DNA of 60,166 nucleotides from Polyangia bacterium (GCA_050287845.1 JBNKCR010000027.1:1-60166), one strand, 5' to 3'. Numbered from the stretch's first letter, positions 30,801 through 40,711 are shown. Numbers and translations are program-made. The notes: a model not told the origin generated them from the sequence alone.

Positions 30801-31733
30801 ATGCAAATGAATGACCTGTTACATCTGATTCCGCGCTGGCAGTGGCTGGTGGCTGCCGGTGTATTCGGTGCCCTCTGGGGGTCGTTCGCCAATGTGGTGA
30901 TTGTGCGGTGGCCCAGAGAACTGTCCGTGGTGCGGCCCGCTTCCCACTGCATGGTCTGTAAAAAGCCAATCCGGTGGTACGATAATATTCCCGTGTTTTC
31001 GTATTTGATTCTGCGGGGAAAATGTCGGCATTGCGGCGCTTCGTTTTCGTTCAGATATGCCGCCGTGGAATTGGCCATGGGCATCCTGTCGGCGGCGGTG
31101 ATGTATCTGATGCTGCCTCAGAACGGTGAATTCATTTACGGCATTGCCGCCTATTTCATCTGGTTTTTCTTCGTGTGGTCCCTGGTGACGGTGGCCATCA
31201 TCGATTTTGAGCACTACCTGATTCCCGACGCCATTGTGCTGCCGGGGATCATTGTGGGGCTGCTCGCCAACACGTTTATTCTCGGCCTGGGGTGGATGGA
31301 ACCGGTGATTGCCACCGTACTCGCCTTTGCGGCCATTCGACTGCTGTTCATTGACGGTTATCGGTTATTGACCGGACGTCCGGGCATGGGAGCGGGAGAT
31401 GCCAAACTGCTGGCCATGTTCGGTGCGTTTCTGGGGTACGAAGGGGTATTGTTCGCCCTGTTCGCCGGGGCGCTTCAGGGCACCGTGGCGGGACTGGCCA
31501 TGGTGCTGTTTCGCCGTCGGGACGGCGAGTTGAACGAGCCGGTGTTTGAAGAAGAGCTGGAAGGGGATGAAGACTTCGAACCCGACGACCGATTGGGCAA
31601 AGCCCGGGTACCGTTTGGCCCCTTCCTCTCCCTGGGCGCGGTGGAATATGTATTCTTCGGCGAGCGCCTGCTCCACCAGTACACCATGGCCCTTGGCCAC
31701 TTCATGTACGATTTTCAGAATCTGTTTCAGTAG
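30801..31733 (+). CDS. pilD: prepilin peptidase/N-methyltransferase
   Basis: GSFANVVI.R.P, CxxC..CxxC, IDFEHYLIPD, GMGAGDAKL, PFGPFL. Confidence 0.93.
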   Translation: MQMNDLLHLIPRWQWLVAAGVFGALWGSFANVVIVRWPRELSVVRPASHCMVCKKPIRWYDNIPVFSYLILRGKCRHCGASFSFRYAAVELAMGILSAAVMYLMLPQNGEFIYGIAAYFIWFFFVWSLVTVAIIDFEHYLIPDAIVLPGIIVGLLANTFILGLGWMEPVIATVLAFAAIRLLFIDGYRLLTGRPGMGAGDAKLLAMFGAFLGYEGVLFALFAGALQGTVAGLAMVLFRRRDGELNEPVFEEELEGDEDFEPDDRLGKARVPFGPFLSLGAVEYVFFGERLLHQYTMALGHFMYDFQNLFQ

Positions 31734-31743
31734 TTAAACCCAT

Positions 31744-33954
31744 TTACTCCCACAGATTTCGGGCCACGCTGCCCCAGCACACGATGGCGCCATCGTCGGA
31801 TTGAATGCCGCAGGCGTAGTCGGACAGGGTGACAATCTGAGAGAAAGAAACATCCTGCGGCGGATTGGTTATTTCTAAACCGAATGCTCCCCAGCATTGG
31901 GCGTTGTGGTCCGCGGCGCGAACCCCGCAGGTGTAGTCCGAGCCTGCACTGATCTGCGAAAAGGCAACGCCCTTCGGAGGTGTGGACTGACCGTAAATGT
32001 TGTCTCCCCAGCATTGGCCTTCGCCGCTTTCGGACCGAATGCCGCAGACATGAGCGCTTCCGGCACTGATCTGAGTGAATGGAATATCCGCGGGGGGGCG
32101 GATTTCATCATCGGTGTTGCTTCCCCAGCATGTCACGTCGTTGTCAGATTGCCGAATGCCGCAGGTGTAGTACGTGTTGGCGGCAAGCTGCACAAAGGCT
32201 ACGCCCGCCGGAGGCGATGACTGACCGTACACATCGCTGCCAAAGCAGATTGCTTCGCCGGTTTCCCCGTTGATGCCACACGTATGTGTGTATCCGGTAA
32301 CTACCTGAGCGAACATCACCTGCGAAGGTGGTGTGGCCTGGCCATCATCGTTATTGCCGAAACACAGCAACGCACTGCTGCTGGCGCTCTGAATGCCGCA
32401 GGTATGCACATATCCGGCAGAGACCGCCGTAAAAACGGTGTTCGCCGGGGGCGTGGCCTGTGCTTTTTCGTTCATTCCCCAGCATTCCAGTTGGCCGTCG
32501 AGGGCGCGAATGCCGCAGGTGTGGTACGTACTGCCGGACAACTGAACAAATGCCGTATTGGCCGCTGCCATGGATTGGCTGTATCGGTTGTTTCCCCAGC
32601 ATTCCACTTCGCTGTCGGATACCCGGATGCCACAGGTGTGAAAGAAACCGGTGGCTAGCTGACTGAACATCACCCCGACTGGCGGAGATGATTGCCCGTA
32701 TTCGTTGTCGCCCCAGCACTCTGCCTGCCGGTCGGATGCGCGAATGCCACAGGTATGATAGAAGCCGGCGGAGATTTGCAAAAAGACCACGTCGGCGGGG
32801 GCGTCCCGCTGATTTCTGTAGTTGCTTCCCCAGCAGAGGGTTTTGCCGTCCACTGCCGAAATGCCACAGGTATGCTGGTACCCGGCGGTTACCTGGGCAA
32901 AGCGTTCATCGGCGGGCGGGTCAGATTCGCCGGAGGAATGGTTTCCCCAGCACCGCACCAGACCGTCCGTTGCCGTGATGCCGCAGGTGTGGTTGTCGCC
33001 GGTGGCAATCTGGGCAAACGCGACGCCTTCCGGCGGAAAGGCGTCGGCGGAATCGACTGCTCCCCAGCACTCCGCCTGCCCGTCGGATGCGCGAATTCCG
33101 CAGCTGTACGTGTATCCCGGCGCAACGCTGGTGAAGGCCACACCGGATGGGGGATTCGACTGCTTATTGTCGTTTCGGCCCCAGCATCTGACCGTATTGT
33201 CCTCCTGCAGAATCCCGCACGAATGATAGTCGCCGCTGGCCAGCGCTGCAAAAGATAAGTCCGCAGGCGGGGTGGACTCCCCGGACTTGTTGTAGCCAAT
33301 GCAGCGTGCCAGTCCATCCGATGGGGCAAGGAAGCACGTATGATATCCGCCCGGCGCCAGTCTGCCGTCCCGGGGGATAATGCAGACCGCCGAATCGGGA
33401 ATCAGGGTGGTTGTATCGTCGGGGCAGGGCAAACACGAATCACCACTGTTAAAGGATCCCGGCATACAGATGCCCGCTGTGTCTGAATCGGTATCGCTGT
33501 CTGACGTGAAGTCGGTATCGCTGTCTGACGTTGACTCGGTATCGCTGTCTGACGTTGAGTCGGCATCACTGTCTGCGGTTGAACCGCTATCGTTGTCTGA
33601 CGCTGATTCCGTATCGCTGTCCATCCGTGTGTTGGTTTCCGTCCCGGACTCGGTATCGATGCCTGTGTCAGTGGCCCCTGGGGTATCCGTCTGGGAATCC
33701 ACCACGGTAAACGTTTCAGTGTCCACCGCCACCATCACCGTTTCGGTGGCGGTATCCCTATCGCTATCGGTGTCTTCAGGAGACTGCACATGGCGGCACG
33801 CAGGAAACAGAATTACCATGAACAGAACAATGCCGGACACCGTTGCACCCGGGGACCGCCCGCCCATGGATTTAAAAACAGAACCGATGATGTTGCCCGG
33901 GAATTTCAAACGCGCTCCTTTCAGGGAATAGAATATACCAGATTGGTTGAGCAT
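31744..33954 (-). CDS. RCC1/BLIP-II repeat lipoprotein with D/S/T linker; start uncertain
   Basis: about 14 units of AG..HTCGI....CWG.N..GQS.PP; lipobox FPAC. Confidence 0.88.
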   Translation of the reverse strand: MLNQSGIFYSLKGARLKFPGNIIGSVFKSMGGRSPGATVSGIVLFMVILFPACRHVQSPEDTDSDRDTATETVMVAVDTETFTVVDSQTDTPGATDTGIDTESGTETNTRMDSDTESASDNDSGSTADSDADSTSDSDTESTSDSDTDFTSDSDTDSDTAGICMPGSFNSGDSCLPCPDDTTTLIPDSAVCIIPRDGRLAPGGYHTCFLAPSDGLARCIGYNKSGESTPPADLSFAALASGDYHSCGILQEDNTVRCWGRNDNKQSNPPSGVAFTSVAPGYTYSCGIRASDGQAECWGAVDSADAFPPEGVAFAQIATGDNHTCGITATDGLVRCWGNHSSGESDPPADERFAQVTAGYQHTCGISAVDGKTLCWGSNYRNQRDAPADVVFLQISAGFYHTCGIRASDRQAECWGDNEYGQSSPPVGVMFSQLATGFFHTCGIRVSDSEVECWGNNRYSQSMAAANTAFVQLSGSTYHTCGIRALDGQLECWGMNEKAQATPPANTVFTAVSAGYVHTCGIQSASSSALLCFGNNDDGQATPPSQVMFAQVVTGYTHTCGINGETGEAICFGSDVYGQSSPPAGVAFVQLAANTYYTCGIRQSDNDVTCWGSNTDDEIRPPADIPFTQISAGSAHVCGIRSESGEGQCWGDNIYGQSTPPKGVAFSQISAGSDYTCGVRAADHNAQCWGAFGLEITNPPQDVSFSQIVTLSDYACGIQSDDGAIVCWGSVARNLWE

Positions 33955-34009
33955 CTACTATTCTGATATATCGTGCCCTTAAAATCACAACTGTTTTGTC
34001 AGAGGGAGT

Positions 34010-34292
34010 GGATACCGCTACATCTGTATGTCTTTCCCATTCGGCGCGATGCAGCGGCGTTTCTCCGTATTGATCCCGCGTGCTCCGGTCTACACCCGGG
34101 TGATTGGTGAATAATCTCCTGAAAAGCGGCTTTGTTGTATTCTATCGCTGCCTGTATCACCGGTGAAATACCAAACCGATCGAGTACGTTGATACCTTTG
34201 CCATCTTGAAGGAGTGCCAGTACAGCAGACGCATCGAATGTGCATACTGCCTGATGCGATGCCGTGGTTTCATCGATGTTTGTTCCACGCAT
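34010..34292 (-). pseudogene. frameshifted ankyrin-repeat gene remnant
   Basis: frame 1 gives INVLDRFGISPVIQAA; after a shift near 34110 the next frame gives HPGVDRSTRDQYGETPLHRAEWERHTDV. Confidence 0.7.
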
Positions 34293-34379
34293 ATCTGTTA
34301 TGTTCTGTGAAGGTGTTCAATTCAACAAAACCATGAATTCATCCGAAGCGGTATTGTCCAGAATGCCGTGTCTCGCAGA

Positions 34380-35516
34380 TCAGTCGTAGATGCAGTCGGG
34401 GCTGTTGTAGGGCAGGGTATCGGTTAATTTTGTGTACGGAACGCTGGTATGTGCGGGCCAGATTGCTTTGTTTTCCGTCGCCCATTTGAGGGTATTGTAA
34501 ATCAGGCGCGCTGAACTGCAGCTCTGATCGATGTTAAAGTGACCGTTATTCATTTGCCGCCAGAGTGCGGCGGTCCACCATTTGCGGGGGGTATTGCCTG
34601 CGGGATCTCCACCGCACATGGCATATCCCTGAATAAGGGGGTCCACCCGTTCGTAAGTGGAATTGATACGGAGTTGCCCGCGTGCAATCCAGTAGGTCCA
34701 GCGAAAATACAGATACAGATTGTAGTAGTTGTTCCAGTTTCCGCTATTGAAGTCTTTATTGCAGTCAAACACCACATAATCATACCAATGGCCGCAGCGG
34801 CCGGATTTGCCGGGTGCACCGGGCTCGTGGGGATCGATGAGTACCCATCCCACTTTATAGAAGTTTTTAAAATAGCCGTTGTGGTCGTTATTGTAGCTGT
34901 TATACATGGTTTTATACTGTCTGGCCGACCCCTGACTTTTACCAATCACCAGTAGCGTGATCTCTCCCTGGGGTATCCCCTCATTGGCATAAGCGTTCAC
35001 CCACCTTACAATTTCATTCCGAATTTCGCCGGGAGTACTCCAGCCACCCATGTAGCTGCCCTTCATCTCTTTTACAAAACCGCGGGCGAGGGCGTAGCCA
35101 TAAGCTTGATTCCACATATCAAGCACGCTTCCGGTGTTTGCGGCGCCGTCGCTCACAATGACTACAAATCGCCTTGCCTTGTCGGGCGTGAACGCTTTGC
35201 GAACACCCATCCCATCGATCCTATCCCGCGCTTCAATGGCTTCCATCTGGGATGGCGTTTCTTCAAGGGGAATTACGATTCTCTCGCCCCCTTCGTGGGG
35301 GGACAGCAGTTCTTCCTCAAAAAGTTCCATGTCGTCGCTATCGGATGGGTCCACTTCATCATTCCTTCCGTCACGTGCGCCAGGGGATGCATCATCAGAG
35401 CTGGTGTGGTCGTTATCTTCAATGACATCCATTTCCTCCTCGTGACATGCGCTTAAAAGCACTACAAGCCCGGTAAAAATGAATACTTTCATACATATTA
35501 ACTTCGCAGGTCTCAT
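34380..35516 (-). CDS. hypothetical lipoprotein, possible alpha/beta-hydrolase fold
   Basis: AAGGAG RBS; lipobox LSAC; LLVIGKSQG elbow-like motif, LIDP, GHFNID. Confidence 0.65.
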   Translation of the reverse strand: MRPAKLICMKVFIFTGLVVLLSACHEEEMDVIEDNDHTSSDDASPGARDGRNDEVDPSDSDDMELFEEELLSPHEGGERIVIPLEETPSQMEAIEARDRIDGMGVRKAFTPDKARRFVVIVSDGAANTGSVLDMWNQAYGYALARGFVKEMKGSYMGGWSTPGEIRNEIVRWVNAYANEGIPQGEITLLVIGKSQGSARQYKTMYNSYNNDHNGYFKNFYKVGWVLIDPHEPGAPGKSGRCGHWYDYVVFDCNKDFNSGNWNNYYNLYLYFRWTYWIARGQLRINSTYERVDPLIQGYAMCGGDPAGNTPRKWWTAALWRQMNNGHFNIDQSCSSARLIYNTLKWATENKAIWPAHTSVPYTKLTDTLPYNSPDCIYD

Positions 35517-35822
35517 CTGGAAATCTCCTTTTCGGATGGAACCGCTTAACGGAACGCATCCATTGCGAAATGTCGTATCGACAAATTCACCCAAAACTAT
35601 CCACGCGTTTCTGAATCAGCAGAAAGATATCATTTCGAGATACCAGGTGCATTAAAATTGTGACGGCAACGCGCTTTTGCAACCGGTGTTGCTGGCAGGT
35701 TCCGGGGAAGCGAAAAAAGGGTGCCGTATGCATCGGGAATATACTGGCAGTCTGAGAAAGGAAACGTTTTATATCAATAGACTATATTGTCCTCCGTGGA
35801 TTGGTTGGTCGGTACCAGAAAA

Positions 35823-35940
35823 CTTCGGGGACGCAGCACTTCGGGGACGCAGAAACTTCGGGGACGCAGCACTTCGGGGACGCAGAGCACTTCGGGGACG
35901 CAGAATCTTCGGGGACGCAGCACAATCTTCGGGGACGCAG
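35823..35940 (+). repeat. seven direct copies of CTTCGGGGACGCAG upstream of RAYT
   Basis: copies start at 35823, 35839, 35856, 35872, 35890, 35907, 35927 with 2-6 nt linkers. Confidence 0.95.
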
Positions 35941-36156
35941 CACTGGGGGTACCGCACAGCGGGCAATTCCGGTATTTTCCGCCAGCTAATTCTCCCCTCT
36001 TCAGACCAGGAGTACAGCTCACCACATACGCCCAATGGCCGGCCGATGGTGGCCAATAGTAACCACTGGCCAGATCTACCGTAGTCATAAAGTTGAAATT
36101 ATGGGCAAAATCAATTGGCCCGTTTTCTGCTTTCACGGCAGGCCGGGAGGACGCGT

Positions 36157-36885
36157 ATGCGAAAATCAAGGCAACATCAGTTGGCCGATACCGGCATCTT
36201 TCACAAATTTTTCAGAGGACACAACGGGGAGCACATTTTTCCCACTGATCTGGAAAAACAAACGTATCTTCGCTGCCTGTGCGACGCGAAAAACAATCAT
36301 GGCATCAGCGATCACGTGTTGTTCTACAGTTACTGCATCATGTCCAATCACCCCCACGAGGTGGGAAAGGCGGGCTGGGATGTGCGTATCCCCCAGTGCA
36401 AACAGAAAGGCATCACCCAACTGGGTAACTGGATGCGTAACGCCCATAGTCGTTACGGTCGGTGGTACAACGATACGAGAGCGCGCTATGGCAAAGTGAG
36501 CAATGCACGGGCAAAAACCACCCAGATGAAAAGCGACATCGATACGCTTGAAGCAATGCTTTATGCAGATGCCAATCCGGTACGGGCAAAAATGGTGTCG
36601 CATCCATCGAAATACCGCTGGTCCTCCTATCGCTTTTACGCATATGGTGAAACCAGTGAATTCACCGAATCCCTTGATGTGCCCGAAGCCTATCTGGCGC
36701 TGGGTAAAACACCGAAAGACCGTCAACGGGCGTATCGCTCGCTCATGGATGCGTATCTGAGGCGCCATCATTTGCTCAACGACGCACCAGACGAGGACAT
36801 CATAGATTTGTCCATATATGAAACCGGCAGCCAGTGCATCCACGATCTGCTGAGCAGTGCGCAGGGACGTTCCAGTCCAGACTGA
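36157..36885 (+). mobile_element. REP-associated tyrosine transposase (RAYT, IS200-like Y1 HUH)
   Basis: GGAGG RBS; H..RGHN..IF, YCIMSNHPH (HUH), Y...NPVRA, YRWSSY. Confidence 0.9.
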
Positions 36886-37083
36886 CCGCCAAGACTGTCA
36901 GCACACATCAACGCCTGCCATACATTATCTTGAACGGGTGCACCATGCGGGGAAGTACCTGTGGATGCAACGCTGCGTGCCGTGTGGCGGAAGAACAGAT
37001 TATCCATCGCTTGTTCGTCATATTCCCCGCTGAAGATTCATAAGTTCGATTTGGAATTTCAAAACGCATGGCTTTTTTGCGAT

Positions 37084-37848
37084 CTATGTCGCCAGCGTCA
37101 GCTGGTGCCAGCCAGAATAATACATGCGCCACCCCAAAATTCCGCGTCTTGCCGCCAATTGTTGCTCCGCCCGCATTCTTATTGCTCCGTCCCCATATTC
37201 TGTCCCCATATTCTTCTTTTGACCGACAATTTTGCCGCTTGCAAGATCGATTTTGAGCCGCTGATTCTGCGTCTGTGACCAGGTAACAGCGTACAGAAAG
37301 TTACCACAAACCTTCGGTTCCACGTCATACCAGGGAAATGAAACCGTCCAGTCAGGCTGGTACGACACACAACCAGCCGCATGGGTATTCGCCTTTAATA
37401 ATGACGACGGCGAACACACGATGAGGTGGCGCGCGCCATCGCTGAACACGACTCTTGCGTTATGCGTAAAATCCTGTTGGTTCTGTACCCACTCTCCTTT
37501 TACCAGCGAATAGTTTTTTCCGCTATCGAGCACCACCGAGACCCGGCCATCAAAGATAAAAATATCCGTGATAATGTCATCGAACTCCCAGCGGTTACGT
37601 TTTTTTTCTGAACGATCCAGCTCGATTAGCAGCGAATGGTTTATACCATCGGCATCGATACGAAACCCCGCGTAATACTGCTTGTCAGCAGTTTCGAAAG
37701 CCCGATAGACATTATCGATATTCAGTTTATCTGCAAGCTGCGCGGGATTAATCACTTCATGACTTAACACAGAGCCATCAGTTGCATGGCAGGCTACCGA
37801 CGCTAACGCCAGCACGCAGAAAAGGATTTTCAGGTCAGGGAGTTTCAT
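37084..37848 (-). CDS. hypothetical lipoprotein; C-terminus runs into repeat sequence
   Basis: MKLPDLKILFCVLALASVAC lipobox; beta-rich body. Confidence 0.6.
   Translation of the reverse strand: MKLPDLKILFCVLALASVACHATDGSVLSHEVINPAQLADKLNIDNVYRAFETADKQYYAGFRIDADGINHSLLIELDRSEKKRNRWEFDDIITDIFIFDGRVSVVLDSGKNYSLVKGEWVQNQQDFTHNARVVFSDGARHLIVCSPSSLLKANTHAAGCVSYQPDWTVSFPWYDVEPKVCGNFLYAVTWSQTQNQRLKIDLASGKIVGQKKNMGTEYGDGAIRMRAEQQLAARRGILGWRMYYSGWHQLTLAT
37186..37212 (-). repeat. two GGGGAC-core repeats, inverted relative to the upstream array
   Basis: minus strand AATATGGGGACAGAATATGGGGACGGAG. Confidence 0.65.
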
Positions 37849-38050
37849 CGTAAGCATGAACCACGAATTTGGTTTTGGGGGTAAATACGCCAAGACTGAA
37901 CTCCGGTAGCGATCCGTGTCTTTAGCCCAAACAAACGCCATTTTGGTTTTACCTTTCATGCAGCTTAATTGCCGACTTCTCGTTCATGTTTAGGGTTCGC
38001 CGATAAATAAAACAGTTGGCTTATGAACCAGGGAAGATTTTACTCTTTCG

Positions 38051-38160
38051 ATGAACAAAAGCCAAAAAGAAGAAGCAACAGAGAAAATAAAAGAACGGTA
38101 TGATGCGGTTAAAGCTACGCTGATGAGCGGTTGCGGAGGCTGTTTGTAGCGAGCGAAGCG
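38051..38160 (+). pseudogene. ISAzo13-like transposase N-terminal remnant
   Basis: KIKERYDAVKATL, a frameshift, then DERLRRLFVASEA; matches my recollection of ISAzo13 N-termini. Confidence 0.6.
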
Positions 38161-38171
38161 GTGACATGTTG

Positions 38172-38525
38172 TTATTTCAATTCAACATATTCGAATACAA
38201 CTCCATCTTTACCTTTTGCTATCATGTTTTGACCAGTCGGTGTCGATTCAGGTGATTGAAGAATTGTTGCACCATGGCCAATTAAATATGAATGATAATC
38301 TTCAATAGAATCGACAACTAAAGTGGCACGTATTTGTTTTAGTGGAGCGAGAACATTTTCAGAACCGCCAACGATAAGAATGTCCCCAATATTCGCAACA
38401 GAAATTCCAATGGAAGACATATCAAATTTATATTGCATAGATACACCCAAAAGGGTTTCATAATCTTTAACTGTCTTTTCTAAATCAGTTGTAAAAATGG
38501 GCACTTTAATGCTTAGAACCTTCAT
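38172..38525 (-). CDS. VOC/glyoxalase-family protein (cassette gene)
   Basis: YETLLG, ATLVVDSI, TPTGQNM, DGVVFEYVE; stop lies in an AAATAAC R''-like site. Confidence 0.85.
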   Translation of the reverse strand: MKVLSIKVPIFTTDLEKTVKDYETLLGVSMQYKFDMSSIGISVANIGDILIVGGSENVLAPLKQIRATLVVDSIEDYHSYLIGHGATILQSPESTPTGQNMIAKGKDGVVFEYVELK

Positions 38526-38611
38526 AATTATTTCCTATCAATGTACAGCTGTTACAAACTATTTAGCCAATTCGCCACGTGTTAGCCGTGCATTTCATTT
38601 TGCACCGCGCT

Positions 38612-38859
38612 CCGGGTAGATCAGGGGGGCTTACGCCCCCCGTCGCCCCCTAAGAACCGGACAAGATAATTTCCCATCATCCGGCGCAAGCCCCTTTAAG
38701 CCTTCGTTTCACGGAAGACCGGTGGTTTAATACTGGCAGGAAATGGTTTTGTGTTACTGCTTTTCCTGCGCATAATGAAGTACTGTTTATACCCTGGATC
38801 AAAGGAATTTGCATCTGCTTTGGTCTTTGTATATTTGACGGGTGCAGTGTCCCAGATTC
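38612..38859 (-). mobile_element. group II intron 3' fragment, copy 1 (IEP tail plus domains V-VI)
   Basis: KTKADANSFDPGYKQYF tail; D5 GCGCCGGATGATGGGAAATTATCTTGTCCGGTTC; D6 ending CTACCCGG. Confidence 0.88.
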
Positions 38860-38886
38860 GGCGCAGAGATAACACCGGACAATGTG

Positions 38887-39216
38887 TTATAGTTCAGGAT
38901 GGAGAACTTGCGATGGAAGTGGTCGGACTCGTTTCCAATCCGATGATGAATGCTCCGCGTTCCATAGATCAAAATTTTTCTGAAGATTTAGCCACAAATC
39001 CGGAGTCGTATCAAATGCTCTTGCCAATCTCAACGCCATGTCCGGAGTTATTGAACCTTTCTCATTCAAAATTTTGGAAAGAGTTTTTCTGGAAATGCCC
39101 AATTTCATCGCCATTTCTGTAACGCTGATTTCCAAAGGAATGAGATAGTCTTCTTTCAAAATATTGCCCGGATGTGTTGGTTTTCTTTTTACTTTGCCCA
39201 TGACATTACCTTTCAA
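38887..39216 (-). CDS. higA: HigA antitoxin
   Basis: HPGNILKEDYL, HTH, ITPDMALRLARAF, WLNLQ. Confidence 0.93.
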   Translation of the reverse strand: MKGNVMGKVKRKPTHPGNILKEDYLIPLEISVTEMAMKLGISRKTLSKILNEKGSITPDMALRLARAFDTTPDLWLNLQKNFDLWNAEHSSSDWKRVRPLPSQVLHPEL

Positions 39217-39491
39217 TGATAATCGTCATAATTAACGATGTATGCATCACCGTCCCGAAATTCAAAGAAAATACGCCAATTTTCAGAAACGCTAACCGAA
39301 TATTGACCTTTAAATTTTCCTGTCAATTGATGAAGAAATGAACCCGGATAATTCATATCCCTAATATCATCTGCTGCGTTCAATCGGTCGAGAATTCGGG
39401 CGATCTTTGGTGCTTGTTCCGGACGGATTCCCTTTTTCTTTCCGGAATAAAAGAATTCTTCCAGTCCTTTATGTTTGAAGGACTTAATCAT
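39213..39491 (-). CDS. higB: HigB (RelE-family) toxin
   Basis: MIKSFKHKGL, LHQLTG, SVSVSENWRIFF, DDYH; toxin-first order. Confidence 0.93.
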   Translation of the reverse strand: MIKSFKHKGLEEFFYSGKKKGIRPEQAPKIARILDRLNAADDIRDMNYPGSFLHQLTGKFKGQYSVSVSENWRIFFEFRDGDAYIVNYDDYH

Positions 39492-39497
39492 GTAGCC

Positions 39498-39526
39498 AAT
39501 GTAACCCTATGGGTTACGGCTGTCAA
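39498..39526 (-). promoter_or_regulatory. sigma70 promoter and palindromic operator of higBA (probably leaderless)
   Basis: TTGACA-17-TACATT, 6 nt before the ATG; inverted repeat GTAACCC-ATA-GGGTTAC overlaps it. Confidence 0.85.
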
Positions 39527-39548
39527 GGGGAATTGGCAGGATTGTGTT

Positions 39549-39578
39549 GGCTAACGCCCCACTTCACGGGCGTTAGCG
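39549..39578 (-). other. internally deleted (mini) attC site
   Basis: CGCTAAC-GCCCGTGAAGTGGGGC-GTTAGCC; right arm matches the neighbouring attC family. Confidence 0.65.
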
Positions 39579-39899
39579 CAACAATCTTTTAAACAGAAGG
39601 TCCTCAAGATTCCGTCGTCCATCTACAACAACAACAATCAGGACAGTTTTATCATCGATTTCGAAGATAATTCGCCACGGTGAAATTATTAGTTCTCGAT
39701 ACTTGGTTATTCCCTGATTTGCTAACTCTGGTACAACACGGCATTGTTCTGGTTCGAAATAGAGAGACGAAACTCTTTCTCGAATTTTCTTAACGGATTT
39801 TAAAGCTGATGTGGGACTTTTCTCTGCAATAAACTCGGAAATATCAATCAAATCTAATCTGGCTGGTCCTGCCCAATTAACTCTGAATTTTTTCCTCAT
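39573..39899 (-). CDS. RelE/ParE-family toxin
   Basis: ARLDLIDI, RVVPEL, YRELIISPWRIIF, VVDGRRNL. Confidence 0.9.
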   Translation of the reverse strand: MRKKFRVNWAGPARLDLIDISEFIAEKSPTSALKSVKKIRERVSSLYFEPEQCRVVPELANQGITKYRELIISPWRIIFEIDDKTVLIVVVVDGRRNLEDLLFKRLLR

Positions 39900-40171
39900 C
39901 TATCCTTCAACCTTTTCTCCAAATCATTGAAGACGTCTTCGTTTGACATGATGTCACCACGACGAATCGCATTCTCACTCTGGGAGATCATTTTCATCAA
40001 AGTCAGTGCTGTACGCATTTCTTCGAAACTGGCAGGATCCTGAAGAACGGCTTTGGCCTCCCCATTTTGCGTAATCACAACATGCCGATGTGTTTCGTTG
40101 ACCTGTTTCAACAAGTCCGATGCACGAGCTTTCAAATAAGTAATTGGTCTAATGTCCGTTTCTAATGACAT
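39896..40171 (-). CDS. Phd/YefM-family antitoxin
   Basis: DIRPITYLK, VVITQNGEAKAVLQD; overlaps toxin start. Confidence 0.92.
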   Translation of the reverse strand: MSLETDIRPITYLKARASDLLKQVNETHRHVVITQNGEAKAVLQDPASFEEMRTALTLMKMISQSENAIRRGDIMSNEDVFNDLEKRLKDR

Positions 40172-40191
40172 TCTTCACCTCCAGACTGAAA

Positions 40192-40219
40192 ATAATACCA
40201 TATTCGGTCCGGTGGTCAA
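40192..40219 (-). promoter_or_regulatory. sigma70 promoter of the phd-relE pair
   Basis: TTGACC-16-TATTAT followed by GGAGGTG RBS. Confidence 0.65.
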
Positions 40220-40239
40220 GCACAATTTGGGAGGGGCGT

Positions 40240-40488
40240 CTGGGTAGATCAGGGGGGCTTACGCCCCCCCGTCGCCCCCTAAGAACCGTACAAGATAGTT
40301 TCCCATCATACGGCGCAAGCCCCTTTAAGCCTTCGTTTCACGGAAGACCGGTGGTTTTAATACTGGCAGGAAATGGTTTTGTGTTACCGCTTTTCCTGCG
40401 CATAATGAAGTACTCTTTATACATTGAATCAAAGGGATTTGCATCTGCTTTGATCTTTGTTTTTCGGAGAGCACAGTATGCCAGATTC
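40240..40488 (-). mobile_element. group II intron 3' fragment, copy 2
   Basis: KIKADANPFDSMYKEYF tail; D5 GCGCCGTATGATGGGAAACTATCTTGTACGGTTC; D6 ending CTACCCAG. Confidence 0.88.
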
Positions 40489-40711
40489 ATTCATCCTACT
40501 GGCCCGACCTCGATTTCAACAAAACAGAAGCGTCTCCTTTCATGGCGACAACACAGAGAATTGATTCTCTTCGGTACTTTGTCGAAAGGGCTTCAGTCCT
40601 GTATAGTTGCACCATAATCAAAACTGCCTTCCAGAATACCGGCGGTGAAACACCGGGATTGATCGCGAATCTCTTCACGTCAAACAATATACAAAAGCGA
40701 CTTCGTGTCGC

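Noticed and set aside
35823..35940. CRISPR array
   Set aside because: Repeats are 14 bp with 2-6 nt linkers; no unique spacers and no cas genes
38112..38160. attC loop (CGCTTCGCTCGC on the minus strand)
   Set aside because: No closing GTTRRRY arm; better explained as ISAzo13-like coding sequence on the plus strand
40496..40687. 63-aa cassette ORF
   Set aside because: TTG start, no clear RBS or recognisable motif; may be non-coding cassette sequence
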